Position numbers and translations under genes: made by a program
The notes under the pieces: model-generated
Databases searched by the model: none
What the model was told of the DNA's origin: nothing
Seen by the model: only the letters and a program-made list of their open reading frames with translations
Assembly (NCBI GenBank): GCA_054600435.1
Contig: BAAIJX010000002.1
Coordinates: 62,001 to 126,000 of the forward strand
Length of the DNA: 64,000 bases
Source of the DNA: Neophaeotheca triangularis
Lineage: Eukaryota
Reading direction: 5' to 3'
In this document: piece by piece, positions 36,831 through 48,469 of the stretch
How positions within the stretch are numbered: the stretch's first letter is position 1
Layout of the letters: every line of letters starts with the position of its first letter

Positions 36831-39800
36831 CGAGCGAGTCTCGAAAGAAAAAATCACCCGACGTTGCTTCATCGGCACAGACGCGTCGACAGAGACGCGT
36901 CAACCATAACGGGCCTCGCTCTCTTTTCGAAATGCCAGCAGTGCGAGCCGAAGCCGGGATTGACTCCCCCCTCGCAGCCCACTTGCAATGCACTGCAGCA
37001 CGTAACGCCCCTCCATACGCGCCTACCTACGTGTAAGCGCTCTAGCGCTCCGGAGAATTTTCGATCAAAGTCTGAAGTCGTCGCTTATCTTCATGTCACT
37101 TGCCTTTTCCTCCACCCTGTGGTTAGTGTGGAGACCACAGCTCAGCGAGGCGCGTAAGGGGCCAGCCACCTGGGTTAACTTAAGGTGTGGGCCCTTGTCG
37201 GCGAGGCTCGCTCGCGTTGCGGCACCGACGCCGTCACCACGGCGGCACGGTCGCGTCGCGAGGACGCGTAGATGGACGCTTCAAGTTCGCTCGGCCATGA
37301 GGTCAGCGTGCTCGCTTCGACTTGCTCTGTCCTTGATGGCTTCTGGAGCTGGTTGGTGCTCTCATCGAGCCGCTTCGACCTTGGACGATGAAAGGGAAGG
37401 AAGGAGATGCCTTCGTTGCTTCGTTGCTTGGGCTTGATTGATTGATTGATTGAGCTCGTAGAGTTACCTTGACCAGTCGACCCTAACTCTGCGCCTTACT
37501 TTTCCCTTCCCGGGAGTGCGGCCAACGAAGTTGAAAAGATGGCAAGCATGCTGTCTGCCGATACGACGTGTCAGTTCTTTGTAAGCTAGACACTCGACGC
37601 CGACGGCCTGTACAACCGTTGCAGACTGCCGATTGCGGTACAGAGGGCATGAAAGGCGTAGCTCGGGAGCCTGGTTTCTTGGGTCAGGGTCTCGAATACG
37701 GCGCGTCTAACGTTCCGAACAAGGAGGCAGTCGCTGTGACCAGCCTTGGGCGTGTTGTCGCAGTGAACGAATACGAGGGGCCTGTGCTGGCGGCTTTGGG
37801 GACGGCAAAGGGGACCGACTGCATTGGCGAGGTGTTATGTTGCGTACTTCGGACGCCCGCTCGTCAACATTTGTGTGAGTGGATGAATTGGATGGCGGAA
37901 GCCGCGGCTAATGGCGTGAGTGGTTCGCTCGAGGTTGACGTTGTCTTCTACGGGCACGTAAGAGCGAGGATGGCGGATGGAAGTTGCCGCCTGGATATTC
38001 TGTGTGAGAAGGAAGGCTTTCGGACGCCCGTTGGGAAGTGGTGGAGGCGTGCAGACGGTGGAGAGAGCTGGAGCCTACAGAGTCATCTTGGAGTGTGAAG
38101 AGTCGCCAGCGCTCGCTGGCCTCCAAGTCTGGCGGAATGGGGTGTCGTTGATACTCGGACTTTTGGTAGCGTGGAGGTGGAGGAGAGAAGTGAAGAAGGT
38201 TGGGGGACGTTGGCGGCGGGCTTCTCGGGCGCGAAGTGGTGGTAGTTTAAAGGCAGTCGAGGCGTAGTGTGCAGTTGCGCAGAGTTTCAGGTCCAAAGGG
38301 GAGTAGGATGCGGGATGGGGTTGTTCGGTCTCTATTATATATGCGCCAGCTTTCTAACGGCCTTGGGACTGCTCTCGTATTGGTGACGCGAATGAGAAAG
38401 TCTGATTAGCGCGTTGCCGACGGTGGTTGGGGGGAGTGTGTTGTGTCGCTTTCTGCAGTCTTCGTCAGTGGGTGCATATGCATGTAGGGGCGTTGTTATA
38501 GGCTTATAGGAGGAGTAGTTCGGTCTTCAACACAACAAAGTAGAGGCTAGTGGTAGCTGCATTGCTGCATCTCTGTCTATCACAGCTATCGTGTCGAGAA
38601 GCTTTCGGATAGAGTTAAGAACTACTGCGCGCCTGATAGAGTCCCTGCTGTCGCTTGGGAATTTTGGAAGAGGTTGTACTAGGCTTCTAGACGTTGTAGT
38701 GCTGTTGTCGTAGTTTCGTCATGTCTGTGGTAGCTGGAATTCCATGCGTCTGATGAAAATATTCGGGAGACTCAATGCCTCGAGTTGTGGCAGGAAAGCG
38801 ACTGTGACTCGTGGGCTCGGGCGGGTTGACCGTCGACACTTTTGCTAGTCATGATTGTTGAGACGCAGACATGGCATCCAGGATGATGTCGGTGGTCGAT
38901 CTGTCACGTAGTCCACACATACCACATGCATAATGGCCAGTAGCAAAGTGATGTGGGCAGGTTCTGGGTCCATCGTTGATCAACAGAAGGCGCCGACCCG
39001 AATACCTGGTAGCCCTTTTGGTTCTCGACAAGTGTCAGTAGCCGAGTGCTTTTCGTCTGTACAAAAAGGAGCTACTGCTGACACGCAGTGGGAATTTTCA
39101 TCCGACAGTAGCGTACCCCATGGGCGACTATCTGAGTCGAAATAGTTGCATATGTACCAGTGCGTAAAAGTGTTGAAATTGTGCGGCGTGTGTCTTTTTT
39201 GTTCTTGCTTATTATCATTAGCTGCTTGCGACGTTGTGATGGAGCAGACTGGAGTTGCTCGGATGGTGAAGTGGGCTGGGCTGGCTGAGAGGCGAGGCCT
39301 GACTGGTCGGCTTCATCCAAAGCCGGGCTGGAAGTGATGCGTGGGAGAAAATTCAACGGATGCAGAGACATGTTAGCTAAGAAACTAGAAAGATGGTGCT
39401 CGTATCGTGAAAACACCATTCGATTCGCTCTCGATACGGGCAGCGGAGTGGTATACAACCGGTAATAACACCCGGTAATGCAACGAGGCACGGGTATGTA
39501 GCGAAGCGAACACTACCGACGTACGAAAGCTGCAGTTCAAGGTATCTCGTGATTGCAGCCGGCGTTTTGTCAAGAAACGATACCAACGCTCCCAAGTTTG
39601 CTCCAGAGAAGAGCACTCATTCAACGATAACATCGCTCGGCGCCGCTCAAGAAGAGCTTGCGCCACTGGTTCCGTGGCCACCGGTGTGCCGTTTGGGTGA
39701 CTGTTGACCTAGATGAGTGAGAGTCGAGCGGGATGGTGGAAACTTGGAATCAGGTAGGTGCGTTTTCCAAAGCCGGTTTATCCGCCTCGAATTCGCGTAA

Positions 39801-42800
39801 GAGTCGCGTAGATTTATAGTCTCGCTGATACTGCACGTACCGAGTAAGCAGCGCGGCGAGACGCGAGAGTGTGTAGGTTTTCAAGGCATTGGGTGTTCGC
39901 GGATACTTATCTGCAAAATGTTGCCCAGAGAGGACGACGCGAATACGGTAACTTTTTGAGGACGCGAGGTGAAGTGATGTCGTGACCGTCCATCCGGGTT
40001 GGCTATCAGGAGGAGTCTATTGGATGGGGATTGTCTGGAATGTCTGGCTAGGATATTGCAAGTACTTACTTCCGGTACGCGAAGGGAAACCCCAGAGTCT
40101 CCTGAACCTTGTCCTAGTCCGCCTTGCTTCCTTGAGCGAACAAAGTACCAGTTGGCAGTGTACCAGTGTACTCTTGATTGGCATCACGAACCTTGGAAGA
40201 GTGATTCGTCCAGGGACCAGTAGCAATAATGTAAATGGTCAAAATGCCGCGAGATCATCTACGAGTCTATGGGACCCGACGATTCTTACCTGTCCGGACC
40301 TTAATCCTAGGATGGCGCAGATAATCGATGGATGGGAGGGGAGCTTGTGCTATTCTATTATCTCGGTGCACCTCAGATTGTTGCTGAGAGCGGCTCTCAA
40401 TCTCTTCTGAACTCCCATCTTGCAATGGAAGATGGTGATCTTTTGTGTCAGTGCTGCGCTGCGTTCGAGGTCTGTTGGAGGATTATTGATGGGTGGATGG
40501 GTGCTGTAGCTTTTTTCTCTAGCGAAGGCGCTTGAGCAATGAGGAGGCCTCGTAGCCGCGAAAGCCAATGCACAAGGTGCGTAAATCTAAAAAGAAGCGG
40601 GGTGGCTTTTCCATCTCAAGTAGGTAGTAGGATTTGAAGGCTAGAAGGAAGGTCAGAGCGTGAAGAAAGAAAGTAAATTCCTTGAAGCTACAGTACCTCC
40701 TACATCTGGCGAGAGTAGTAGTGACTAGTAAAACCGCTTGACAGCAAGGAGAAAAGTGTCGGGTTGCTGTTGTGTGAAAATGATGATGAATTTCTGTTAT
40801 TCTCCTGGTTACACGGCCAGCCATCGTGGGTACCTACACTACTGGTACTCCACCGTCATGCTTCTTCCTCTTCCAAGACAAAAACACGCGATCGCCTTGC
40901 CTTGCCCTTTCACGCGTATGAAAATAATTATGGTCCGGACGAGCATACACATGTGGCCGTAGCCGTGGGTAGGTAACAATCATGGCCGAGTCTTGTCGGG
41001 TGCGGCCTTGGGTATCAACGGCTTGCTCAGTGCTGGTTGCTTGCTACCTACCTTACATACTAGTAATTTACGCAGCTTGTGTAGCGTCCAGGCGTGCAGT
41101 CTTCGCGGTTCGGCTGCGTTGTGCTCCTACGCCAATCCCAAGTGCTCAGACCTTTGGATGGTCAGGCCTGATGCCAGCACCACCGCCACCACGGCAACGC
41201 GTGAGAAGAAGAAGAAGAAAAAGAAAAAATCTCCAAGCGGCGAAGGCGGAGGTTTGCGGTCAACGGCCATCTCGGACGCAAAATGGCTACTGTATATAAC
41301 TTATTAGGTGCAGCTACGCAGCCAAGTGGGTTTTGCAAAGCAAGGGCAACTCGACGACTCGCGAGACTTGTCGAGGCGGGGCTGGGTTATGTTATAGATG
41401 GAGTAGACATGACGCTGTGCATCGTCTGGACGCCGGTCGACCAGGCAAAAGAAGCCGATCTGGCGGAATTTTGCGTTTCAACCTCGCGTTTTGCAGCAAG
41501 CTTATTACTACGCGCTGCAGTAGAGTTACCCTATGGATACGGGCGGCGATTGTGCCACCGAAGGCGTCGTTGTCTGCTGTGATGATGCCGCGGTGCGTGC
41601 TGCACTGCAGAGACGGTGAGAGGGCAAAGTCGGCGGAAATACCCAAGATCGTCAGTAGGGTGATGGGTCCTTTCTGTATCTGTCTCCAAGGGGCAACATC
41701 CGCAAGTGCGTTGAGGTCAAGCAAACAATAGGCCTCGCTCGGTGCAACAACGAGCCTACATTAGTACCTGCCATAGCCAGGCGAGCTGCAAGGAAGTAGT
41801 TATTGTCTAGTATCTACCTATCTACGGTGCGGTACTGACTTGACATGTGTTTCGGACATGCACACACCCGTTGCAGCAACAATAATGAATACTATCCTGA
41901 GTACCTTGGGTACACATATGTCGAGGGGCGGAAGCGACGGCGCTTATCGTTTGATGCCATCAGACGAGCCATTATTGAAAGCAAACCGTCCGTCCCGTTG
42001 ACCAGCTTTGGCAACGAAACGCACGCTTGATGAGGCGCGGAGAATATGTATCCAGAGCCAGGCAAAACGCGTCTCGTGTCGGAAAGTCAGTCGGAAGACA
42101 GACGTGAAGCGCGTCTTGACTGATTAAGAGCATGCATAATGAGGTGGTTCGTGTCGACAAGCACCGGCTAATACTGTAATTAGTACGACGGTCCTTCCTA
42201 GCGGAGCCAAGGCTTTTTGCGCGTGAGATTCCTCGCCCCTAGACTACTAGTAACTAGTACCTTATTAGACTCCCTACCGACTTCTTGGAAGGGCTATGTA
42301 CGCCGCTACGGGCTGACGGGTTTTTTAACTACTACTATAGCAAATCTGCACGTTTCAAGGATGAAGCAGGCCTCAAGTGGGCACGCACTACTACTGGCCG
42401 ACAGCCTTTCTGGGGTACAACCTTAACGACCAGCTAGCTGCATGCGTAGCCAAATTCGCAAACTCGACTCGGCCAGCAGTGATTCGTCTGCAGCCCTCGG
42501 ATGGCGTAGAGGACCGTCTCATTACTCTGGTAGTGTGTGAGCTGGCCGGTTTGCTCTTGATGCTTTATTATGGCTTGGGATCATCTCGTCAGCGCCGCCA
42601 CGGCTCATAGCAGCAGCAGCAGATGCCATACCACCACTGCTACCCAAAGCGTGTTAATTTTTACTCTGGACGGGGGTTGTCATACCCGCCGGTAGAAGGT
42701 GGGGTGACTGAGGGCAACACCATCCGGCAGTACTTTTTCTCTCGTGGGTCTGGCTCAACGATCAGCTTCTACCTAGTCATTATTATTATTATTGTTCTCT

Positions 42801-45415
42801 GCCACGGAGCACCTCGGCAGCATGAGCAGCAGTAGAGCGATGGGGCAGCTGGAGTAGTATTCGTACTACTACTACTCGTCTTCATGGCGTGCTTGCTTGA
42901 TGATATGTACTCAAGTTCTGCATCCACGCCACGATTAAACTTTGCCGGGCGGTCGAGGCAGAGGAAAGATGGGACGGATCTGCAGGAGATGCAGCTGACA
43001 CGCGAAGCCTCAGCACCGCTTGCGGATCAAACCTGCTGCCGTATGACAGCCCGTATCATGGTGCTCGAGGGGCACAGCAGACGGCTGCTCGGTTCATCAA
43101 GCAAGATTGGCAGAGGCCAGACGGGCAGGCCAGTAAAGTCCGACAGCGCGCCTGTCGTGTGCCTGTGCGGCAACGTTTATTAAGTTGGTAGTAGCCACTC
43201 TAGCGGGCAGAGAGCATGGGCAGGGGTGTCCTGATAGTGTACTCTGTACCTTTTTGTGAGCTTAGCCGCTTTGAGCAACCAGCAAATCCAACTCGGCTTC
43301 ACGCCCAGCCAAACCATCTCCACCCATACGCCTGTCCTGAGGCTGTTCCTTTAGCACCTACCGCTGTACATACGGACGAGGTACTGTACCTGTACTTTAC
43401 TACTTACTACTTGTCACTCCTTCCCTTCTTCACCTCGACACATCTCCTCTCGAATCCATTCTCTCTCTTCCTCCTCCTCCTCCCCTCTTCATGTTCAATC
43501 TTGCAATGGAGCTTTGAGCAACACAGGAGAGATTATTGCCAGACATCCTCCCTATCCCGTCTTGGCAGTACTCTCCTTCTCCAGCGGCACCTCCTGGACC
43601 GACTCGACCTACGACATCCTGGCTAGTCCTCTACCAGAGCCACGCCTCCTCCTCCTCCTCACTTGTCGAAAAGGCATTGTGACCTGTTGCATAGTCTCGA
43701 GAAAGAACTAGCTTCGGTTACTCTACACCCTCGACTTCCAACTCCTCCCCCTCGTCCCGTCAGCCTCTCCTCTTCGTTGATCGTAGAGCACCTCGACCGG
43801 ACCGAGTAACCTTACTCCCAACTTGTACGCCATTGTACCTTCGTACAAATCTGTCAGCATCTTGAGCATATTGTCTGTCTGTCTTTTTTGAAAAGGTAAG
43901 AAAAAAATTCCCAAGCCATGAACGTCGCTACCTCCCATCCCCTCCGGATCATCAGTTGGCCCCCACCCGGTATATCTGGAAAGAGATTGAAGAGCATGGA
44001 ATTGTGTAAAGGAAGAAAGAGAGAGGAAAGCAACATGGTCACAATCCTGCATTGGTGAAGGAGCATAGTGTATGGTCATTGCAAAAGGTGGTTGGGAAGT
44101 GAAGCATGCATGGTCAAAGTCCTCCCTTGTTCTGGCCTGGCTTCACTCCATGACAAAAACACCATGGCCGAGAAATGGACACATGCATAATACCGCCCCT
44201 CTGATTTCGTGCTGGGGATTATGTCGACTGTCGCTCGAAACGGAATCGACGGCTGCATGAAGTTTTGCTTCAGCCGACTTCTACCTCACCTCACTTCAGC
44301 ACACTTCACACCTTTCTCCTCTGACCTCTTACAACAACTTCAACAACCAACTTCAACAACATCATCGGGCATATCGATCAGTGAACGACACCTTCCTTTC
44401 TGTCTGGCACAGCATACCATCCACGTACGCCACCCTCGCACTCCGCATTCCTCAGGACATTGGGGCCAATCCTCGCCCGTGCACAATTCCAGAGCCAAAT
44501 TGCCCTCCAGCTCACTTCACGCCGTTGAAGAAGGAAATCCCTGACACCGAGGCCGGACTTACGTTCATTCAGAACCCTCCCCTTCACTTGGTCGATAGAA
44601 TGACGTCTCATCAGCACCGAGCTAACACCTTGGCCTCTTTTAGTATTGAAGCGTTTTCGCCTTTTCATCTACCTTTCCAGCTACCTACACCCCATACCAA
44701 ACCTCACCACCATCTACGCCACATCACATCACAACTAATCTGCTATTGTACCAACGGGTAGGTCGAACCAATACTCCCTTACCTGATTCAGCATTGGAAG
44801 GTCGAAGCGCTGAACATTCCCCAGATTCCCCAAGGAACCCTCATCAGCCACAGATTCTTTCGCCGGCACGGACCGACATTGACAACCAGCGTGGAGGCGT
44901 TAGCTCGTTCTCTGCAGGTTGTAGCGGGACTCTCACGAAGAACAATTCAAGAGCCGACCCTCATCTCCAATCGGACTTGGGCCCGTGGCTTGCCAGGGAA
45001 TCCTTGCTGGCTCTAGAAGCAGTGAATCCGAACCCTGCAATCTCAGTACTAGGTATGTGTTCCCCCCTGGCCTTCGCTCGACATCACTGGCCGCGCAAAG
45101 ACCAACATCGGACGCGCGATCAATGCTGACTCGCAAGTTCTAGGTGCCTTTCGGTGGTTCCTATAACAGCAACTTCCGGTCATCTTCCGAAGATCTACTG
45201 TTCTGGACCATCATTCTTTACTCCAACTAATTACAATCTTTACTACTACCGGCCTTTACGACAGGCTTGCCACTCTTTAATACTGCTCGCCTTTGAACTC
45301 ACCCTCACTCGGAATTCCGAATCAAGCTCTACCGGACCCACAACTATTAGGCAACCTTTGGAGAAGTGACAGTCCGCCCTTTGAAACGACCAAGACAATT
45401 TCCCACCTCAGCAAT

Positions 45416-46654
45416 ATGGCTTTCCAACAGCAACAACTACGCTCCTACGGCTACTGCGACTCTTACTTTGTGGAAAACCACAACGACGATGAGGGCGTTT
45501 TCGCCAGGGCTGCGGCAGATCGTGAGAGGGTCAGGAATGCGAACAAGATGAGGCAGAAGATTATCGGTGAAGACTTGTCGAGAGCCACTGCGGACGAGTA
45601 CCAAGCGGATGTGCTTGAGCACATGGAGAACATGGAAGAGCAAACCATGCCGGACATTGCCTCCATTGAGATTCAGACTGAGATCCAATGGTTTATGCGA
45701 CCTTACCTCCTGGATTTCCTTCTCGAAGCTCACCACGCCTTTCAACTCCTTCCGGAGACGCTCCACCTGGCTGTCAACCTCCTCGATCGATACTGCTCTC
45801 GCCGTGTTGTCTACAAGCGCCACTACCAATTGGTCGGCTGCGCCGCGCTCCTCATCGCCGCAAAGTACGGTGACAAGAAGGAGCGAGTGCCCACCATTCG
45901 GGAACTAAAGTCGATGTGCTGCTCTCTCTACGACGACGACATGTTCACTCAGATGGAGTGGCACGTGCTGCAAACCATCAACTGGATCATCGGCCACCCC
46001 ACAGTCTCTGGCTTCCTCGATATCGCCATGACCGAAACCTGCTTCGACCCAGTGCTGAAGCACATGACCGAATACCTCCTCGAGCTTGGCCTGTACTACA
46101 AGGATTTTATCCCGGTGCGCCCTTCGGTCATGGCCCGCTCAGCTCTCGCCCTTGCCCGTTGCATCATCAACCGTCAACAGCCCCCGAGCTGCAACTGGTC
46201 TGCCCGCTACGATCCTCAGGTCGTGCTCAACCTCTCCAACTTCCTCCAACATCCGTCTGCGGCTTTGTCGAGGAAGTATTCATCTGTTCATCTCTCGTCG
46301 GTTTCCCACAGCTTGGAACGCTTCCTCCACCAGCAAGCCGTCCTGGCTTCCCAACGCCAGCCACCTCAGATGCAAGATGTGCACATACACCAGCCGCCGC
46401 AAGACACATATCTTTGCCCGTCCACTCCTCAAAAAGGTTACCCATCGGCGCCGGTCGACGTCCTCACGCCTCCCATCACGCCGGACAAGGATCTCGCCAA
46501 CCAGCAAACCATGTATGGCCACCAACACAACATGCTACCGCAGCAGATGGAAGGCTATATGCCAACACCACCATCAGCAGTCGACGAGCAGCAGCACCAG
46601 CAGCCACGATTCCACTACGGAACGCAGTACATCCCGCCGCCGCACTTTCAATAA
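45416..46654 (+). CDS. G1/S-type cyclin (Cln/Ccn1/Puc1-like)
   Basis: Cyclin box 'QWFMRPYLLDFLLEAH..FQLLPETLHLAVNLLDRY..KRHYQLVGCAALLIAAKY'; PEST tail with TP sites 'LTPPITPDK'. Confidence 0.92.
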   Translation: MAFQQQQLRSYGYCDSYFVENHNDDEGVFARAAADRERVRNANKMRQKIIGEDLSRATADEYQADVLEHMENMEEQTMPDIASIEIQTEIQWFMRPYLLDFLLEAHHAFQLLPETLHLAVNLLDRYCSRRVVYKRHYQLVGCAALLIAAKYGDKKERVPTIRELKSMCCSLYDDDMFTQMEWHVLQTINWIIGHPTVSGFLDIAMTETCFDPVLKHMTEYLLELGLYYKDFIPVRPSVMARSALALARCIINRQQPPSCNWSARYDPQVVLNLSNFLQHPSAALSRKYSSVHLSSVSHSLERFLHQQAVLASQRQPPQMQDVHIHQPPQDTYLCPSTPQKGYPSAPVDVLTPPITPDKDLANQQTMYGHQHNMLPQQMEGYMPTPPSAVDEQQHQQPRFHYGTQYIPPPHFQ

Positions 46655-47445
46655 GCACGCAGACCCCGGCGCGTAAAGCTGCGAATTACCCGATGGAAGT
46701 CGCCAAAGCAATACTAAACTCCCACACACATTCTCGAAACCCACCAGACTACCTCTCGCGCGACTTCTTTGCTGTACCAACAGTGTGAGCGTATTAGCAT
46801 GAGCATCCAAAGCATATGTCCGTCTGACAAGCGTTGATTCCGTACTTTCACCAAAACCACCAAAAAGGCCATCAGATTCCCGAGCGGCCACGAAAAAACA
46901 TAGAGCTTTCAAAAGCAAGCCAGCCAGCCGGGATGGTAGGCTGGGAAGGATTTTGGGGTTGGGGGTACCGGGCAAGCGAATCTTTTTCTTTTGTCTCGCT
47001 TGTACCAAACGCAACCTTCGCAGCCAGGCCCCCAACGCCCTCCTTTCGAAAAGCGGGAAGAACACACATCATCATCAACATTTCTACAGCTGTTGGCATG
47101 GAAAGGCCAAGAGGCGAGGGGAAGAAGCGATGACTTCGCCAGACGAACCCTCTCGCACACACAAAAGCAAGAATGGTTTCGTGGTTCGAGGAGCGGTCTA
47201 GACTTGCTTATTTCTCTTCTTTTCTTCTTTTTCTCGCGCGGAATGTGTGTGTGGTCGGTCATGTGGCGTGGCGAGCTTTGCTGTCGTTGCTGTCGCCTTT
47301 CGTTGCGCGCGCGAGCTTTATTAGATGGATACCCGGGCATCCTTTGGCTTTGCTTAGCTTAGGCTTTGGCTCTGAGAGAGAGTGAGAGAGACATACAAGT
47401 ACTTTTTTTTATTCTTTGCTAGACTACCTGTTGCCTTTGTCTCTC

Positions 47446-47530
47446 TGTGTGTGTATGTGTGTGTATTGTGTGCTATGTGTTGTATGCTGTGTTGTGTGGG
47501 CTGTGTTGTGTGGGCTGTGTTGTGTGGGCT
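47446..47530. repeat. TG-rich degenerate tandem repeat downstream of the cyclin gene
   Basis: tgtgtgtgtatgtgt... followed by three ctgtgttgtgtggg units. Confidence 0.7.
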
Positions 47531-48469
47531 GCGGCAGCTGTTGCAGACGGGAATCGCGTCATGCCAGAGGCATCCATTTGGTTGAAAGCTGTCAATGACT
47601 TGGTGAACGAGGTCGTATATTAGTGAAGCGAGTGAATGCCCTCGTCTCCATCCATGATCTCACGTAACTCTACTATAGAGCATTTGTGATTTCCATCTCC
47701 GTCTCTCGTGTGTCGTTGACCTCCAACATTCGCGCGTGTCCGTCTACAGGACTGCTTCCTGTCTCCCTCGCTGCTTCGTAAGCTCTCAGCCGTGCTAGAG
47801 TCCCACCGTCCCGTGTGTACTTGGAAGAGAACATAGTATTCGGCGTGGTTTATAGACACCGCTCACTACATACAACACGTACCATCGCGACTGTGTCATT
47901 TACGTGAACGGCTGGGTAGTGTTCTATCGGTGTAGGGTCAGAGTTTGGGTGGGAAGACTGCGATGGCCGGCTGTGATATTCGGCACTTTTCTCGAGTCTT
48001 TGGCTCTACTCTTTTGATAGGCAAGAGACTCGGTCGGCTTGAGCTGTTTTGCGAACGGGTGTTTTCCGTGGGTTGGGAGGATGCTCAGCTCCCTTTACAG
48101 AAGCTAGAAGTAGGGAGGGTTCCTGAGGGTCAGCCGGCCTCCTTACCTCGAGACACTCAAGGTGGAGCACTCATCACATCACTGGAGCCTTTCTCTTACG
48201 GGAAGAAGCCTGTTGCTCAACCTGATGATGGCCCGCTACATATTATATGTGTATTTATTCATTACGAACCTTTGAAGTACGCGATGAAGTGAGGTTGGAA
48301 ACCCCTGTACAAAACGAGCCAATCAGCGTGAGCCGTCTCCGCAAATTACACTCCCGAAACGAGATGTCGGCATCGCTGTCGAGGTATCACGTCCAAAAAA
48401 AGTTGTCGATGCTGCTTTGTCTCCTTCCTCGACAACTCTCACCCGTCACTCGTTGTATTTGATCCGACA

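Noticed and set aside
37000..38500. Short ORFs on both strands, including the 176-aa ORF at 37568
   Set aside because: No ATG-led coherent model or known domain. It may be a relic, but this cannot be supported from sequence alone.
39982..43300. Scattered 60-140 aa ORFs upstream of the cyclin
   Set aside because: No coding bias or motifs; consistent with regulatory intergenic DNA.
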